Program-made: the position numbers and the translations under genes
Assembly: GCF_006345805.1 (NCBI RefSeq)
Contig: NC_043008.1
Coordinates: 61,132,001 to 61,196,000 of the forward strand
Origin: Octopus sinensis
Taxonomy: Eukaryota
Reading direction: 5' to 3'
DNA: 64,000 nucleotides
Part shown: piece after piece, positions 23,901 through 36,487 of the stretch
Numbering within the stretch: the first letter of the stretch is position 1
How the letters are laid out: each line of letters begins with the position of its first letter
Notes under the pieces: generated by a model
Databases searched by the model: none
What the model was told of the DNA's origin: nothing
Seen by the model: the letters and a program-made list of their open reading frames with translations, nothing else

Positions 23901-25127
23901 ACCATGTGACTTTGCAGACGATCTAACCGTTCCTGCAGAAGATTTTGCAGTAAATCTAAACGTACTTGCCAAGAAGCGGGAGGCCGGGACGGTGGCAGCA
24001 GCGAGAGCGTGAGGGACGTGCTGCCTGCCGTAGCGAGGTGCCGACGAGCGAAAGATAACATAAAAAAATCTTTAGTAAAATGTTTACCAATCACATCATT
24101 CACGTACCGAATCGATTTTCTTCTTTATAGAATTGTGACAATATATGAACAAAACTGAAAATGTGGTATTAGAACCTGCGTCAATAAATTTTGAATGAAT
24201 GACATACAGCAACAAACAATTTGTTTTAATATCAAGTTGGATGACAAAATTGGCTTCAATCACTGTTTAGTGATCGTCAAGCGGAATTTTCTCAAACCTC
24301 ACATCCCTCCCCTTACTACATCCGCAATCCTGGCGAAACCTTCACAGCAGAAGGCATTGGCAGATAGTCAACAAAATCTAAAATACCACATTTGAAAACA
24401 ATAATTACTTGTTTCACTACTCCCTCCAATAAGGTGGCCCATCATGGCTGCAGTTCGATCACTAAAATAAGTAAAAGATAAAGGATACATATGAATTTGG
24501 TTCTTTCCAACTGTCTGCATAGCATCAAATTGGTTCAAATTTGTCTAATCTCTACACTTATTTCACAGTTTACCTTGTAAGACATTACTAAGCATGTAGT
24601 CTAATCTTCAGTGGCTTTTGTATTTAATTTTACGTAAAATCAAACTATATATACATATTACAAGAAGAACATAAAGATAGATAGAGACACACATACAGAC
24701 AGAAAGATATACCGAAAAATGAAAACGGATAACTAGAAAGATACATCAACAGAAAGCAGTGCAGTGAAGCCAATAAATAGATGGATAACAAAGATATCTT
24801 GATATTAGTATAATGGGGAGTGTTGTTAATATATGTTATTCGACAAAAAAAGTTGAAGAAAATCATCTGCTCTAAGGAAGGCACTGTATAATATTTCGAG
24901 TATTGCTCTTTGTATGAAGGTGAGTAAAAAGAAAAACTGATAATATGTATTGAGCTGCAGGCAAGCAGATTGGAAGTATATATATATATATAAGAGTAGT
25001 TGCATGAATTATCTTGTTATGGATAATTCGGTTAACCGATACCTGGGTAGCAAATTCACATCAGAGAAGACACGTTTGAAGTTACTTGCTTTCGTGTGGA
25101 AATGTGTATGTTTTTTTTAAATTATAA

Positions 25128-25250
25128 ATATATGAAAGAATGGAGTTGAACGACGAATTAACAAAATTCCTTCGCAATTAGGAATATGCAGCCTTCGAAA
25201 CGTATGTCGAAAATAAAGGGATTTTGTTAATTCGTCTTTCAACTCCATTC

Positions 25251-25260
<10 letters not shown>
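25128..25260. repeat. Inverted repeat, 45-bp arms, 43-bp spacer
   Basis: 25128-25172 versus 25216-25260, 2 mismatches. Confidence 0.92.
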
Positions 25261-25323
<63 letters not shown>

Positions 25324-25375
25324 GTATATGTATATATATATGTATATGTATATGTATATATATATGTATATGTAT

Positions 25376-25407
<32 letters not shown>

Positions 25408-25417
25408 GTATATGTAT

Positions 25418-25479
<62 letters not shown>

Positions 25480-25480
25480 G
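25255..25480. repeat. (TA)n/(TATATG)n microsatellite
   Basis: Directly visible. Confidence 0.95.
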
Positions 25481-26020
25481 TTTTATACATATGTTTGCGT
25501 ACATGGCTGAATGAATGTATATTTATATGTAATTACAAGCATGCAGACATACATTTTCGTCTGTTTCTGTGAATGAACTTTTTTTATTACAAACCTTCAC
25601 TTGTAATATTACCAGATCGAATGCATGCACAGTTACACATATTTCAGAATACAATTCAGGAAGGAAACAAAATATCGTCATAGATATATAAAAGAAAAAA
25701 CATTATGTTTAACTTCACCGAGTCAAGTATCTGCTATCTGAAATTATCAGTAAAAAGTATTGAAAAGAAGCGGAAGTATTTTCAAACCTACCAATAGCAA
25801 TGCAGTAAGTTGAATAATATTATATAAAAAACATTTGCCTCAGAGCTACGTAATAAGTCATTTTACTGTGGCGACGTTCCTATGAATAAAAATATGACTT
25901 CAATAATTCAAACAAATTACCTATGTACGCATAACCTGATAACTGTGAAATTGATTGTTTCGTGTTCTCTATGAATAAGTTCTCGTATTCATACATATAT
26001 GCATGTGTGTTTGCGTACGC

Positions 26021-26129
<109 letters not shown>

Positions 26130-26304
26130 TATATATATAATTGTATATGTATGCATGTAGATATATAGATATATATGCATACATATACATTACATATACA
26201 TACATCTGATATATATATTCATACATATATATATGTGTGTATATATGTATATATCTCTCTTATACATAAGTACATGCACAAACACACACACACACACACA
26301 CACA

Positions 26305-26361
<57 letters not shown>

Positions 26362-26735
26362 TATATGCATATATGTATGTATCTGTATCCATGGGGAGGG
26401 AGAGTGATCGAGGGGAGTACATAGATAGATATAATCTGTGTGACATTTGCGAATTCTAATGTTGTCATCTATTAATGTTTGAAATTAGTTTTAAAAGCCA
26501 CCTCTGACTGTCGACAAAAACATTTTATCATTTAACTTTATACGTGCATGTAACCACTCAACACTAATATTAGAAATGAAGCTAAAAATAATTAATAGAC
26601 CATTTTATGGTTGTACATTCTGCACTCTGGAAATTTGGAAGTTCTTTCCACTTAATCTAGACAGATGTATCTAGAGACGGATTCTCCGCATCCCTCTCTC
26701 CCCTCTTTCTCTCTCTCTCTCCCTTTATATATATA

Positions 26736-26777
<42 letters not shown>

Positions 26778-26784
26778 ATGTGTA

Positions 26785-26817
<33 letters not shown>

Positions 26818-26899
26818 ACCAGCTTAGAGAAGACGAGAAGAAACGAAACGAAACCAAACGAATCGAATCGAATCGACGCGAAGGCGCTCAGTCATACAA

Positions 26900-27359
26900 T
26901 AGTGTAATAAATAAAATATATGCATACATACAAACATATATGTACGTACCTACATCTATGTATATATACATGCATATATAAATACATATACGTGTGTACA
27001 GGACACCACAAATAGACGTAGAACTCAACGAGAAACGAAAACGTAAAAACAGCATGGAACGGACTAATCCTTTAACAACGAAAAAACAGAGTACAAGACA
27101 ACTACACAAGGAAAAATCCCCTTCATCAGCCGTCCCTAGTTCAACTCCAGTGTGTTTCGAAGGTGAGGACAGAACACGTCTTGCCGAACAAGTCCTTCCT
27201 GCGAAAGAATTAAATAAAATTCCTTTGCAGAGGGGTAAAAACAAGGAAAAAAATGCACGCAAACATATGTATATGTCACATTTTTTTCCTTGTTTTTACA
27301 TGTAGATGTAGGTACGTACATATATGTATGTATGTATGCATATATTTTATTTATTACAC

Positions 27360-27361
<2 letters not shown>
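26900..27361. repeat. Compound inverted-repeat structure enclosing a D-like element
   Basis: 59-bp arms at 26900-26958 and 27303-27361 (1 mismatch), plus perfect 21-bp arms at 27235-27255 and 27279-27299. Confidence 0.9.
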
Positions 27362-27397
<36 letters not shown>

Positions 27398-28004
27398 ATA
27401 TAATATGTATATAAAATAATAATATTAGGAAATAAATATTATTCTAATCTTACAGGTAAAATTTAGTATAATAATATTAGACCGAATTTTGTAATATGTA
27501 ATATATAACATATAATATATGCAAATAATTAATTTAGAGACGAATCACCACTCCCCACTCAGTCAGAGACTTTCGACGGGTTCTTCTTGACTGAGTTATT
27601 GTTTAGTGATGCGTCTCGAAATTAATTATATATATATATATAATATATATATATAATATACTGACTGAATTTATAATCAGAAGAATCAACTCGTCAATAC
27701 CTATTTTACGTCTGTTTAACAAACTTCAAGTTGTCTAAAACATAAGCATATCAACACCTGTCAAGCCGTGGTGAAGGAAAACACACTCACACGCACATCG
27801 ATAGACAAACACATTCACACACTCACTAATATACACATACATACACCACAGGCTTCTTTGATTTTTTGTTTGTTTTGTCAGTCAAATCCAGTCACAAGGC
27901 TTTGGTCGGCTGGAGTTAAAAGACACTTAACAGGATGTCATGCAGTGGGGACGACCCCGAACAATATCGTTGGGAAACAAACGTGTCACCACACATATAC
28001 TCAT

Positions 28005-28400
28005 ATAGAGGGTGTTCGGCTCAAACTAGACACTTGGCTTTAAAGGAAAAGGAAATAGATTATCCCATCCAAAAATAATTTTATCTTAAATAAAAAAAAA
28101 ATATCTACTACACTATGCATCGGAGATACCGTTGGACTAAAACTTGCTACCTTCAGATTCCTCAAGATGCTCCGAAATCTAGTCTCGTTCCTCACCGTCT
28201 CCCTGCGAATATATTCGAATACCTCCGTGATCATAGCTTTGGCAACTGATGCCCCGCTCACAATAATTCGTGCAGTGCCCTTCTCCAGGCGGGTTTTGAA
28301 TAGTGGCTCCAGCTGTTTCACATTGCCGTCTGAGTTGAGCCTAAGTTTCTGTTCAATAATGAGGGAGTGAGTATCATAACACCACACACAGTGGAGACAC
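28005..28400 (-). mobile_element. Decayed mariner/maT-like transposon 3' fragment
   Basis: TIR-like TAGAGGGTGTTCGGCTCAAACTAGACACTT at ~28005; minus-strand AKAMITEVFEYIRRETVRN..RFRS resembles transposase C-terminal helices. Confidence 0.55.
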
Positions 28401-29561
28401 ACCAAAAGACCATCACATTTCGTATTACTTTGTTTTTATGATACATGAGACACCACATGGATTTTAAGTAAGCCTACCGTTCTGGGTATTCAGCAACCGG
28501 CCCTGATTTAAGATGACCCACAAGAAGGGCTTCCACAGTTCGTCACTTGTATTATTTCTTTCTCCGATGTGAATCTCGCCATTGTTAGAATTCTTAAGAG
28601 TATGGAGAGTGTCTTCAGCTGCTCATGATTTACGACTTTTTTAATTATTTGTCAGAGATTTCGTGACTGTTGTAGAATTGGGAAATATTGTTTTCTGAAT
28701 CCAGGAATATTGTGGTTCCTAGGATTGTGGTTCACTATGTATGGAATATTTACGTGTAGCAAAAACGAAGAGGCGGTTAGCTCTCCCCTTGACAAGGACG
28801 GAAGAGATTGATTGATCTTTTTCATTCATATGGGCATTGCTCTACACTTGGAATATTACATAAAATATTCTAAATCCGAAATAAAACGGAAACAGCGAAC
28901 ACCATTACAAAATAATAACTTCCCCTATATGCATACGCCCAGAATACGTGTGTCTATGTGTGTTTGTGTGTGCGTTTGTACGTGTGTGCATGTGTCTGTA
29001 TGTGTGTGTGTTTGTGTTTGTACATATGCACATATATAATTTAGCAGGTTATATTTCAGTACTGGCGCAAATTAATAAATTAGTTTTGTTATGTGTGATA
29101 TATCTCAGAGAATATTTCCTCGCTGTTTATCAAACAATAGTTATTATGACCTTTGAAATGCAGTATCCTGGTAGTATTGACAATATCAATAATGATTCAC
29201 TGATCTAATCCAATGTACTTTTAGATATTACAAACGAATACATGCGATAACAATCGACATACTTAGAAGGTCAGAAATAAATGTTATATTCAAAGCATCG
29301 CACATAAAATAGTGAAACTGTTAATCTTCCACTTTATTCACATTATTTTCTAAATTAAAGTTAAATTCTCGTTATAAATATAAATAAAAGTATAAAACTG
29401 TTATATGGATATCAAGTTCAGTCTAAATATGAACAAATAAGAGCTGAATTATTCTTAAAATAAATTGTTTACGGATATACCCTGATAGTGATTCCGTTAA
29501 GGAACTTGATGCATATGCATACATACATACATACATACATACATACATGCATGCATGCATG

Positions 29562-29595
<34 letters not shown>

Positions 29596-29629
29596 TATAT
29601 AGTATATATATATATATATATATATGACC

Positions 29630-29825
29630 ACGTGTGTACCGTTGGCGTTTTTTTTTCTCCGTCTCCCTTCTTTGGATCTTTCCTTTTCCTATGTTTCTGA
29701 CGAAGACCTCCGCTCCAAACGTTAATCCCTCCTTCTTTCCTTCTTTCCTGAGCGCCTTATAATACTATACTTGTTCCACGCCCTCGTGTTGTTTGTGTTT
29801 TCTCTTTGTGTTTTCATGTTTGGAT

Positions 29826-29830
<5 letters not shown>
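29630..29830 (+). mobile_element. Type D2 TA-flanked element with hammerhead-like motif
   Basis: ATGTTT-CTGACGA-A-GACC-TCC-GCTC-CAAACGT; paralogous to 37645-37840; ends TTTGGATTAAC(TA)n. Confidence 0.7.
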
Positions 29831-29871
<41 letters not shown>

Positions 29872-31160
29872 GACGTTGATTCGAGTACGCGGTATTGACA
29901 AATCGAAAGATGAGGAACCATCGATGCCTATCGCATATGTAAATGGAATTGATGCGTATTATCTCACTTGTCTGTGGCTTCTAGGTGTGTTAACACAAGG
30001 CGACTTTATTTTCATCAATTTGTGTAGTGTTGAAACACAAAATAAATCATAGACAAGTGCGATGAATCGCATCTTGTCCCTTTACAGGAGCGATAGAAAT
30101 CGCTGTCTATGACTATGTGCCAAATGGTGTAAGAACCATCTGTTAGAGTGTCTCACCGTTTCATACCACGAAAACGTGAGGCTATATTCTCCTACGATTA
30201 TATTCGCAGCGTGGCCAAGTACTCGCCAAACAAATACCTTGTTCATTATTTACATTATTTACAATTGGCGGATATCCTCATCTTGTTTGATATTTGTTCT
30301 ATCCTGTTTGATATACCTTCCAGCCTTCATCAGGTGTCTTGGGGAAATTTCGAACCTGGATTCTCCTTCCTCAGGTATTTTTCGATGTCATTAGTATTAT
30401 TATTATTATTATTATTACACAATATGCCCACGGACGCACACACACACTGAAATAATGTACTTAAGTCTTCCTCTCTGAAACACAGAACTGAAATACTTTG
30501 TGCTTATGAGTGTTCGACATTGTTTATATCATTCCTCTTGCTTCTCATTCATATTTGAATTTTTTCCTTAATATGAAACGGTAGGACATACTAGCAGATG
30601 GTCCTTACACAATTTTGCATAAAGTCATAGACAGCGATTTAGCTTGCATCTGGCCTCATTTCAAGTACGTGGCATTGACAAGTCAAAGAGACGACGAAAC
30701 ATCAATGTTTATCGTCCTTGTACCGGAATCTGATGCCCGTTATCTAGCTTCCTATGACTTCCAAATTTTTGTTTTTTAAATGAGCCAAATTGAAGAGGAT
30801 ATATTCCCTTACGCATATAATCGCAGCCTGCCCAAGAGCTGGCAAAACGCATATCGTGTGTATGTGTGTGTGTCTGTGTATTCAACATTCTATACATTCT
30901 TCGCGTTACTTGTCATTCATATTTAAATTCATTTATTTCGTTTATGTACGTGTGTATGGGCATGTATGATGTGTATGTGCGTGTGATTATGCGTTTCTAT
31001 ATACTAATTTTAATAAAATGTTCTAGGGTAGACAGGAGATATATATTAAAAAAGAAAAAAGTCAAAATTAGTAATGGTGATGTACTTGAGGAATTTGTAT
31101 TGGAGCCATGCCGGCCGACCACTAAATTATGAGTGAATTTGATAGATGGGAAGTGAGTAT

Positions 31161-31197
<37 letters not shown>

Positions 31198-31261
31198 GTG
31201 GTGTGTGTGTGTGTGTTGTGTGTGTGTGTGTGTGTGTGTGTATGTATATATACATACATAT

Positions 31262-31297
<36 letters not shown>

Positions 31298-31526
31298 ATA
31301 TATATCCCATGTACTAGCCTCCAGCCCAATAGATAATAACAGTTTCCTTTTTACCAGCCACATGCCACATACAAAGTACAATAATAGAAATATGCATACA
31401 CACGCACATACTCAAACACACTCATATGTATGTATATTTATAATATATTATATATATATATATATTATATATATATATATATATATAATATATATATATA
31501 TATACGTATGTATATATATATATATG

Positions 31527-31596
<70 letters not shown>

Positions 31597-31860
31597 CATG
31601 TATGTATTTATATATACATGTGTATTTGTCATTGTGCTCTCACCACTTTAGAATCAGTATTAGCAATGCTGGTTTTGTTGACGCCCATGTAGTTTTGGCA
31701 AAAGTGACCGGTAAAAGAAGTACCGTTGTGAATTTGTTAGATTGAACACTTCACTGCAATACCTTAGGATGGCCACAGTCCAGGCAGAAACAATGGGAAC
31801 AGTAAAAGACTAAGATATCAAGTTCCAGTGGAATTAAATTAGCAAGTGAGAGACAATACT

Positions 31861-32270
31861 CTCTCTCTCTTTTACCCTTTTACTTGTTTCAGTCATTTGA
31901 CTGCGGCCATGCTGGAGCACCACCTTTAGTAAAGCAAATCGACCCTGGAACTTATTCTTTCTAAGCCCAGTACTTATCCTATCGGTTTCTTTTGCCGAAC
32001 CGCTAAGTTACGGGGACGTAAACACACCAAGCATCTGTTGTCAAACAATGCTAGGGGGAAAAAACACACACACATACACACATACATATACATATATACA
32101 TATATACGACAGGCCTCTTTCGGTTTCCGTCTACCAAATCCACTCACAAGGCATTGGTTGGTCCGGGGCTATAGCAGAAGACACTTGCCCAAGATGCCAC
32201 GCAGTGGGACTAAATCCGGAACCATGTGGTTGGTTAGCAAGCTACTTACCACACAGCCACTGGTGTGCCT
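31861..32270 (-). mobile_element. SINE type B
   Basis: Colinear with 20886-21305. Confidence 0.92.
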
Positions 32271-32666
32271 ATAGCGTATTATTTTATTATGGTGGTCTTA
32301 GGTTAGAAGCGCATCCAAGTTGATAATAAATTTCTTTAGTGTTATTTGTTAATGGGTGGGAGGATGAATATAAATCCTTTGTTAGTAGTGAGTGATTACA
32401 TCGTAGGCTTATTCATACTATATTTCATGTGATGTTTGTTTATGTATGATTATCACGTGTTGCTTTAAAATGCAGAGTAAAATATTAAAGAAAAGTTTAT
32501 GAATGGAATGGCACAAACTGATATGTTATTATTATACAAATGTCTATATTTTCAAAAAAAACTGTGTATTTAGCTGTTTAATTTGTAATTGGGATTGGCC
32601 TCGTAATAACAGTGAATTGAATGGTGTTGGCTAAAGAGTGGAATCGGTTTACAGTAACGAAATTTT

Positions 32667-32791
32667 GCTGCGTGGTAAGTATTTTGCTTAACAACCACAT
32701 GATCCTTGGGCAAGTGCCTTCTATTATAGCCTTGGGACAACCAAATCCTTGTGAGTGGGTTTGGTAGGGGGAAACTGAAAGAAGCCTGTCG

Positions 32792-32823
<32 letters not shown>

Positions 32824-33060
32824 CGTGTGTGTGTGTGTGTGCGTGCGTGTGTTTGTGTGTCTGTGTTTGTCGCCCCAACATCACTTGACAACCGATACTG
32901 GTGTGTTTACGTACCCGTAACCTAGCGGTTCGGCAAAAAAGATCCATGAAATAAGTACTAGGCTTACAAAGTATAAGTCCTGGGTCGATTTGCTCGACTA
33001 AAGGCGGTGCTCCAGCATGGTCGCAGTCAAATGACTGAAACAAAATAAAACAGTAATAGA
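32667..33060 (+). mobile_element. SINE type B
   Basis: Colinear with 10414-10797. Confidence 0.9.
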
Positions 33061-34548
33061 GTAAAGGGGAGCTTGTGGTCAAGCATGGCAAGAGGTGGAA
33101 GAGAGAGAGCGAGAAAATTAAAAGGAGAGAGAGTGAGAAAATGAGAAGAGCGAGAGAGAGAGTAACAGAAAGAGAAAGTGAAAGGGAGAGAGAGTGAGAG
33201 TGAGAGAGTATGAGAGAGAGAGTGTGTGTGAGAAAAAGAGAGATTGTTTTACAGGAAATGAAATGTTGATTAGTTTTTGGGTGTTTAATATTAGCAGTAT
33301 AAGTGCTACAAAAATAGCTAAATTTGCATCATTCCCTAACTGAATCTAAATTTTATTTTATTTCATTTTGTGTAGCAGATAGGGGTCCTCTTAAAATCTG
33401 TTTCATACGAACGAGTATTTTAGAGATAGTGTTGGATCCTTATTAACTTCCATTCTGCCATAACGTGAAAGTTTTTTTCTGCGTTTCAATTGTGTTTATT
33501 TACCACGGTAATATAGTTTAATCTAATCTTGTAACAATTTTGAGGGAATGGGTTATTATTTAGGGTTCATTAAATTAAAGATTATGAGCTTGATATGGAA
33601 GTTAAGATAGGCGTAGATCTATAAACTCATACTTACTCGTGACAAGTCACGCAACCACGTGTAATATCGTTCTCTCACAAACACATATTTTTCAAAATGA
33701 GAGATTTAACTCTAAAAATTTGTAAGAACTGAGCACACTTATGGACACACGCATACACGAACATACACTACAACATATTTAGCCACACAAAAACATGAAT
33801 AACCATGCATTCCCACAACACACCTATGTACATACATGGATAAATTTTATTTTATTGTCAGTAGATAAAAATATACACAAATTGATAACGCATGATTCTG
33901 GGTATTTGTGAGGTGTTTTAGGAATCTTTCACACCTAAAAATTACATATTAAGCACGTAATAGATGGTTTATCAACAATCGGATCCCTACATTGCATTAA
34001 TGTAGAGATTAAAATTTGCGCTTATATAAGCACATAACGTAAGCATTGATATATTCTCTTTATAGCATCTTACAGGCAAAATCTCAACAAGTTTTTCAGC
34101 GAGAGAGTGCTATAATAACGCAATCTACACATCTTTATGCATGCTGATAGCTTTAAATTGTACAGTATTTTATATAAAGGCCGATTGCATTCGTGTGTAT
34201 GCAAGACAGGTGATATACAGTCTAAACGGGTATATGCGTAAGTAGATATAGATTCTTATTCTTTGTGCGTATGTTTGCCTCAAGTAGGAACTTCTTAACG
34301 TGCAATGCGTGAGTCATGCTTAAGCGCAAAAGATTTGTGAAAGCTGTCATAAAGACTCAATAATTCGCAAGTAGTTTGTATTGAAACATTTTACTAATAT
34401 TCAAACCTCCTGCACACACATGATATTAAAAAGAAAGACATAAAATACTGGCACACACCATACATAAACGTCCATCTACCTGTAATCATAACGAATGTTC
34501 TGAGTATTTCCTCCGATATTTCTTCCGCCCAGCATTAGTACGGGCAGA

Positions 34549-34663
34549 GTTTCGGATGTCGGGGCGGAAACCCACGCCGCCATCTCTTCATTTATCCGGC
34601 CATGTTTTTCAATGAAGATAACTAAGAGATGGCGGCGTGGGTTTCCGCCCCGACATCCGAAAC
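34549..34663. repeat. Perfect 40-bp GC-rich inverted repeat, 35-bp spacer
   Basis: GTTTCGGATGTCGGGGCGGAAACCCACGCCGCCATCTCTT (34549-34588) and its exact reverse complement (34624-34663). Confidence 0.97.
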
Positions 34664-34714
34664 ACTGAATTTTATCATGGCTATCGAATAATTGTCACAT
34701 ATTATATTTACAGT

Positions 34715-34749
<35 letters not shown>

Positions 34750-34848
34750 TATATATAATATATATATATATTGTATGTGTGTGTGTGTGTATGTAACCAT
34801 GTATGAACATATTCTACATACATTGTACTCCCCTGCACTCCCTCCCAC

Positions 34849-34893
<45 letters not shown>

Positions 34894-35779
34894 TAATACG
34901 TGAATATCGTTGGGTTTCAGTTTAGGTAGCATTATCTCCGTACCAATTTGTTCAGGAAATCTTCAATATTTATACATTGTAAATGTATAATAGGTGTATA
35001 TTCAAATTACATATATATCTACTTATTCTATAATTAAGTGTAATTTGGTTTGTTCCCAAATAACAAGTTCGTTGGCCGATTATTTATAATGGATTATTAA
35101 GTCTCTTTGCAGTTAAAATGTTTTATGTAATATTTGTTTTAATTATAGATGCAGTATATGTATATACTTTTTGTTTAATTTTAAAATTCATTTTATTATT
35201 TTTATCATTTTACTTTTGGTAAACTGCTTATTTGTATAATATATTGTGCATTATTGGACTTTTATTCATAGATATTGATTTAAGCTTGTCCGTAGTTCGG
35301 TGGCGTTGTTTACGAGATTTGTCTTCCACTAATCGTTATTAAGTATTTGGAGCTGTAATATCTTATTTGTGATGCTGTGTTGATTGAGGAACAATATATC
35401 CAGATGTCTATGCTTGCTATTTTGTCTGTTTTGCACTTTTTGGAATCAGTTTCCGGGTATAAATGTAGCTATAAGTTATTACTATATCTTTACAATTATG
35501 CTGTTATAAAGTAATATGCTAGAGGATTGACAGCGTTTGTAATTTTAAAGCAGTTGACACCGCTGTATTGAATGGTTCTGCCCGAGGATTGAGACTATAA
35601 TGATATCCATTTTGGCAGCTGATGATGGGAATGCATATATGTTATGCTCGATGTGAATATGTTATATCTTATTGTCGTTATTCTGGATTATCATTCTTTC
35701 TTTTAAAATAGAATGTGTTTGCGGATTTACAGTGTGTGTGGATCGCTTACTTTGATATTGTTCGTATTATTCGTATGTA

Positions 35780-36165
35780 GTGGAGGCGCAATGGCCCAGT
35801 GGTTAGGGCAGCGGACTCGCGGTCGTAGGATCGCGGTTTCTATTCCCAGACCGGGCGTTGTGAGTGTTTATTGAGCGAAAACACCAAAAGCTCCACGAGG
35901 CTCCGGCAGGGGATGGTGGTGATCCCTGCTGTACTCTTTCACCACAACTTTCTCTCACTCTTACTTCCTGTTTCTGTTGTACCTGTATTTCAAAGGGCCG
36001 GCCTTGTCACTCTCTGTGTCACGCTGAATATCCCCGAGAACTACGTTAAGGGTACACGTGTCTGTGGAGTGCTCAGCCACTTACAGGTTAATTTCACGAG
36101 CGGGCTGTTCCATTGATCGGATCAACCGGAACCCTCGTCATCGTAACCGACGGAGTGCTTCCTTC
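35780..36165 (+). mobile_element. SINE type A, full length, 10-bp TSD
   Basis: TSD TTCGTATGTA at 35770-35779 and 36166-36175. Confidence 0.95.
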
Positions 36166-36284
36166 TTCGTATGTAACTTAATTACACTTAGACAACGGCT
36201 AAATATTGGCATCTTGTTTTCGGAGATCTTTTGACATAAATATTGGTCTGCACGTATATGTACCAATGTATGTATCACAAAACA

Positions 36285-36449
36285 TTTTTTCTCTCTGTTT
36301 ATTTCTGTGTTTCTTTCTGTTCAAGAACATAGGCTCGAAACGTAAAACACTTTCTCACTTCCAGAGAGTTAAACTACTATACATCTGTTCGTTGTTTACA
36401 CACCCGTTTTCATTTTTTTTGTTTTGTTTGTCTTCTTTTCGTAAATTCC

Positions 36450-36455
<6 letters not shown>
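36285..36455 (+). mobile_element. Degenerate type D element
   Basis: CTGTTCAAGAACATAGGCTCGAAACGTAAAACAC motif; ends in (TA)n. Confidence 0.55.

Positions 36456-36483
<28 letters not shown>

Positions 36484-36487
<4 letters not shown>

Noticed and set aside
27105-27170. Type II hammerhead from the permuted CCTTCGAAAC...CTGATGAAGG on the minus strand
   Set aside because: I could not build stems I and III between the two half-motifs.
26994-27305. 103-aa Lys-rich ORF inside the inverted repeats as a cargo gene
   Set aside because: It is the antisense reading of a pyrimidine-rich D-like repeat; no domain.
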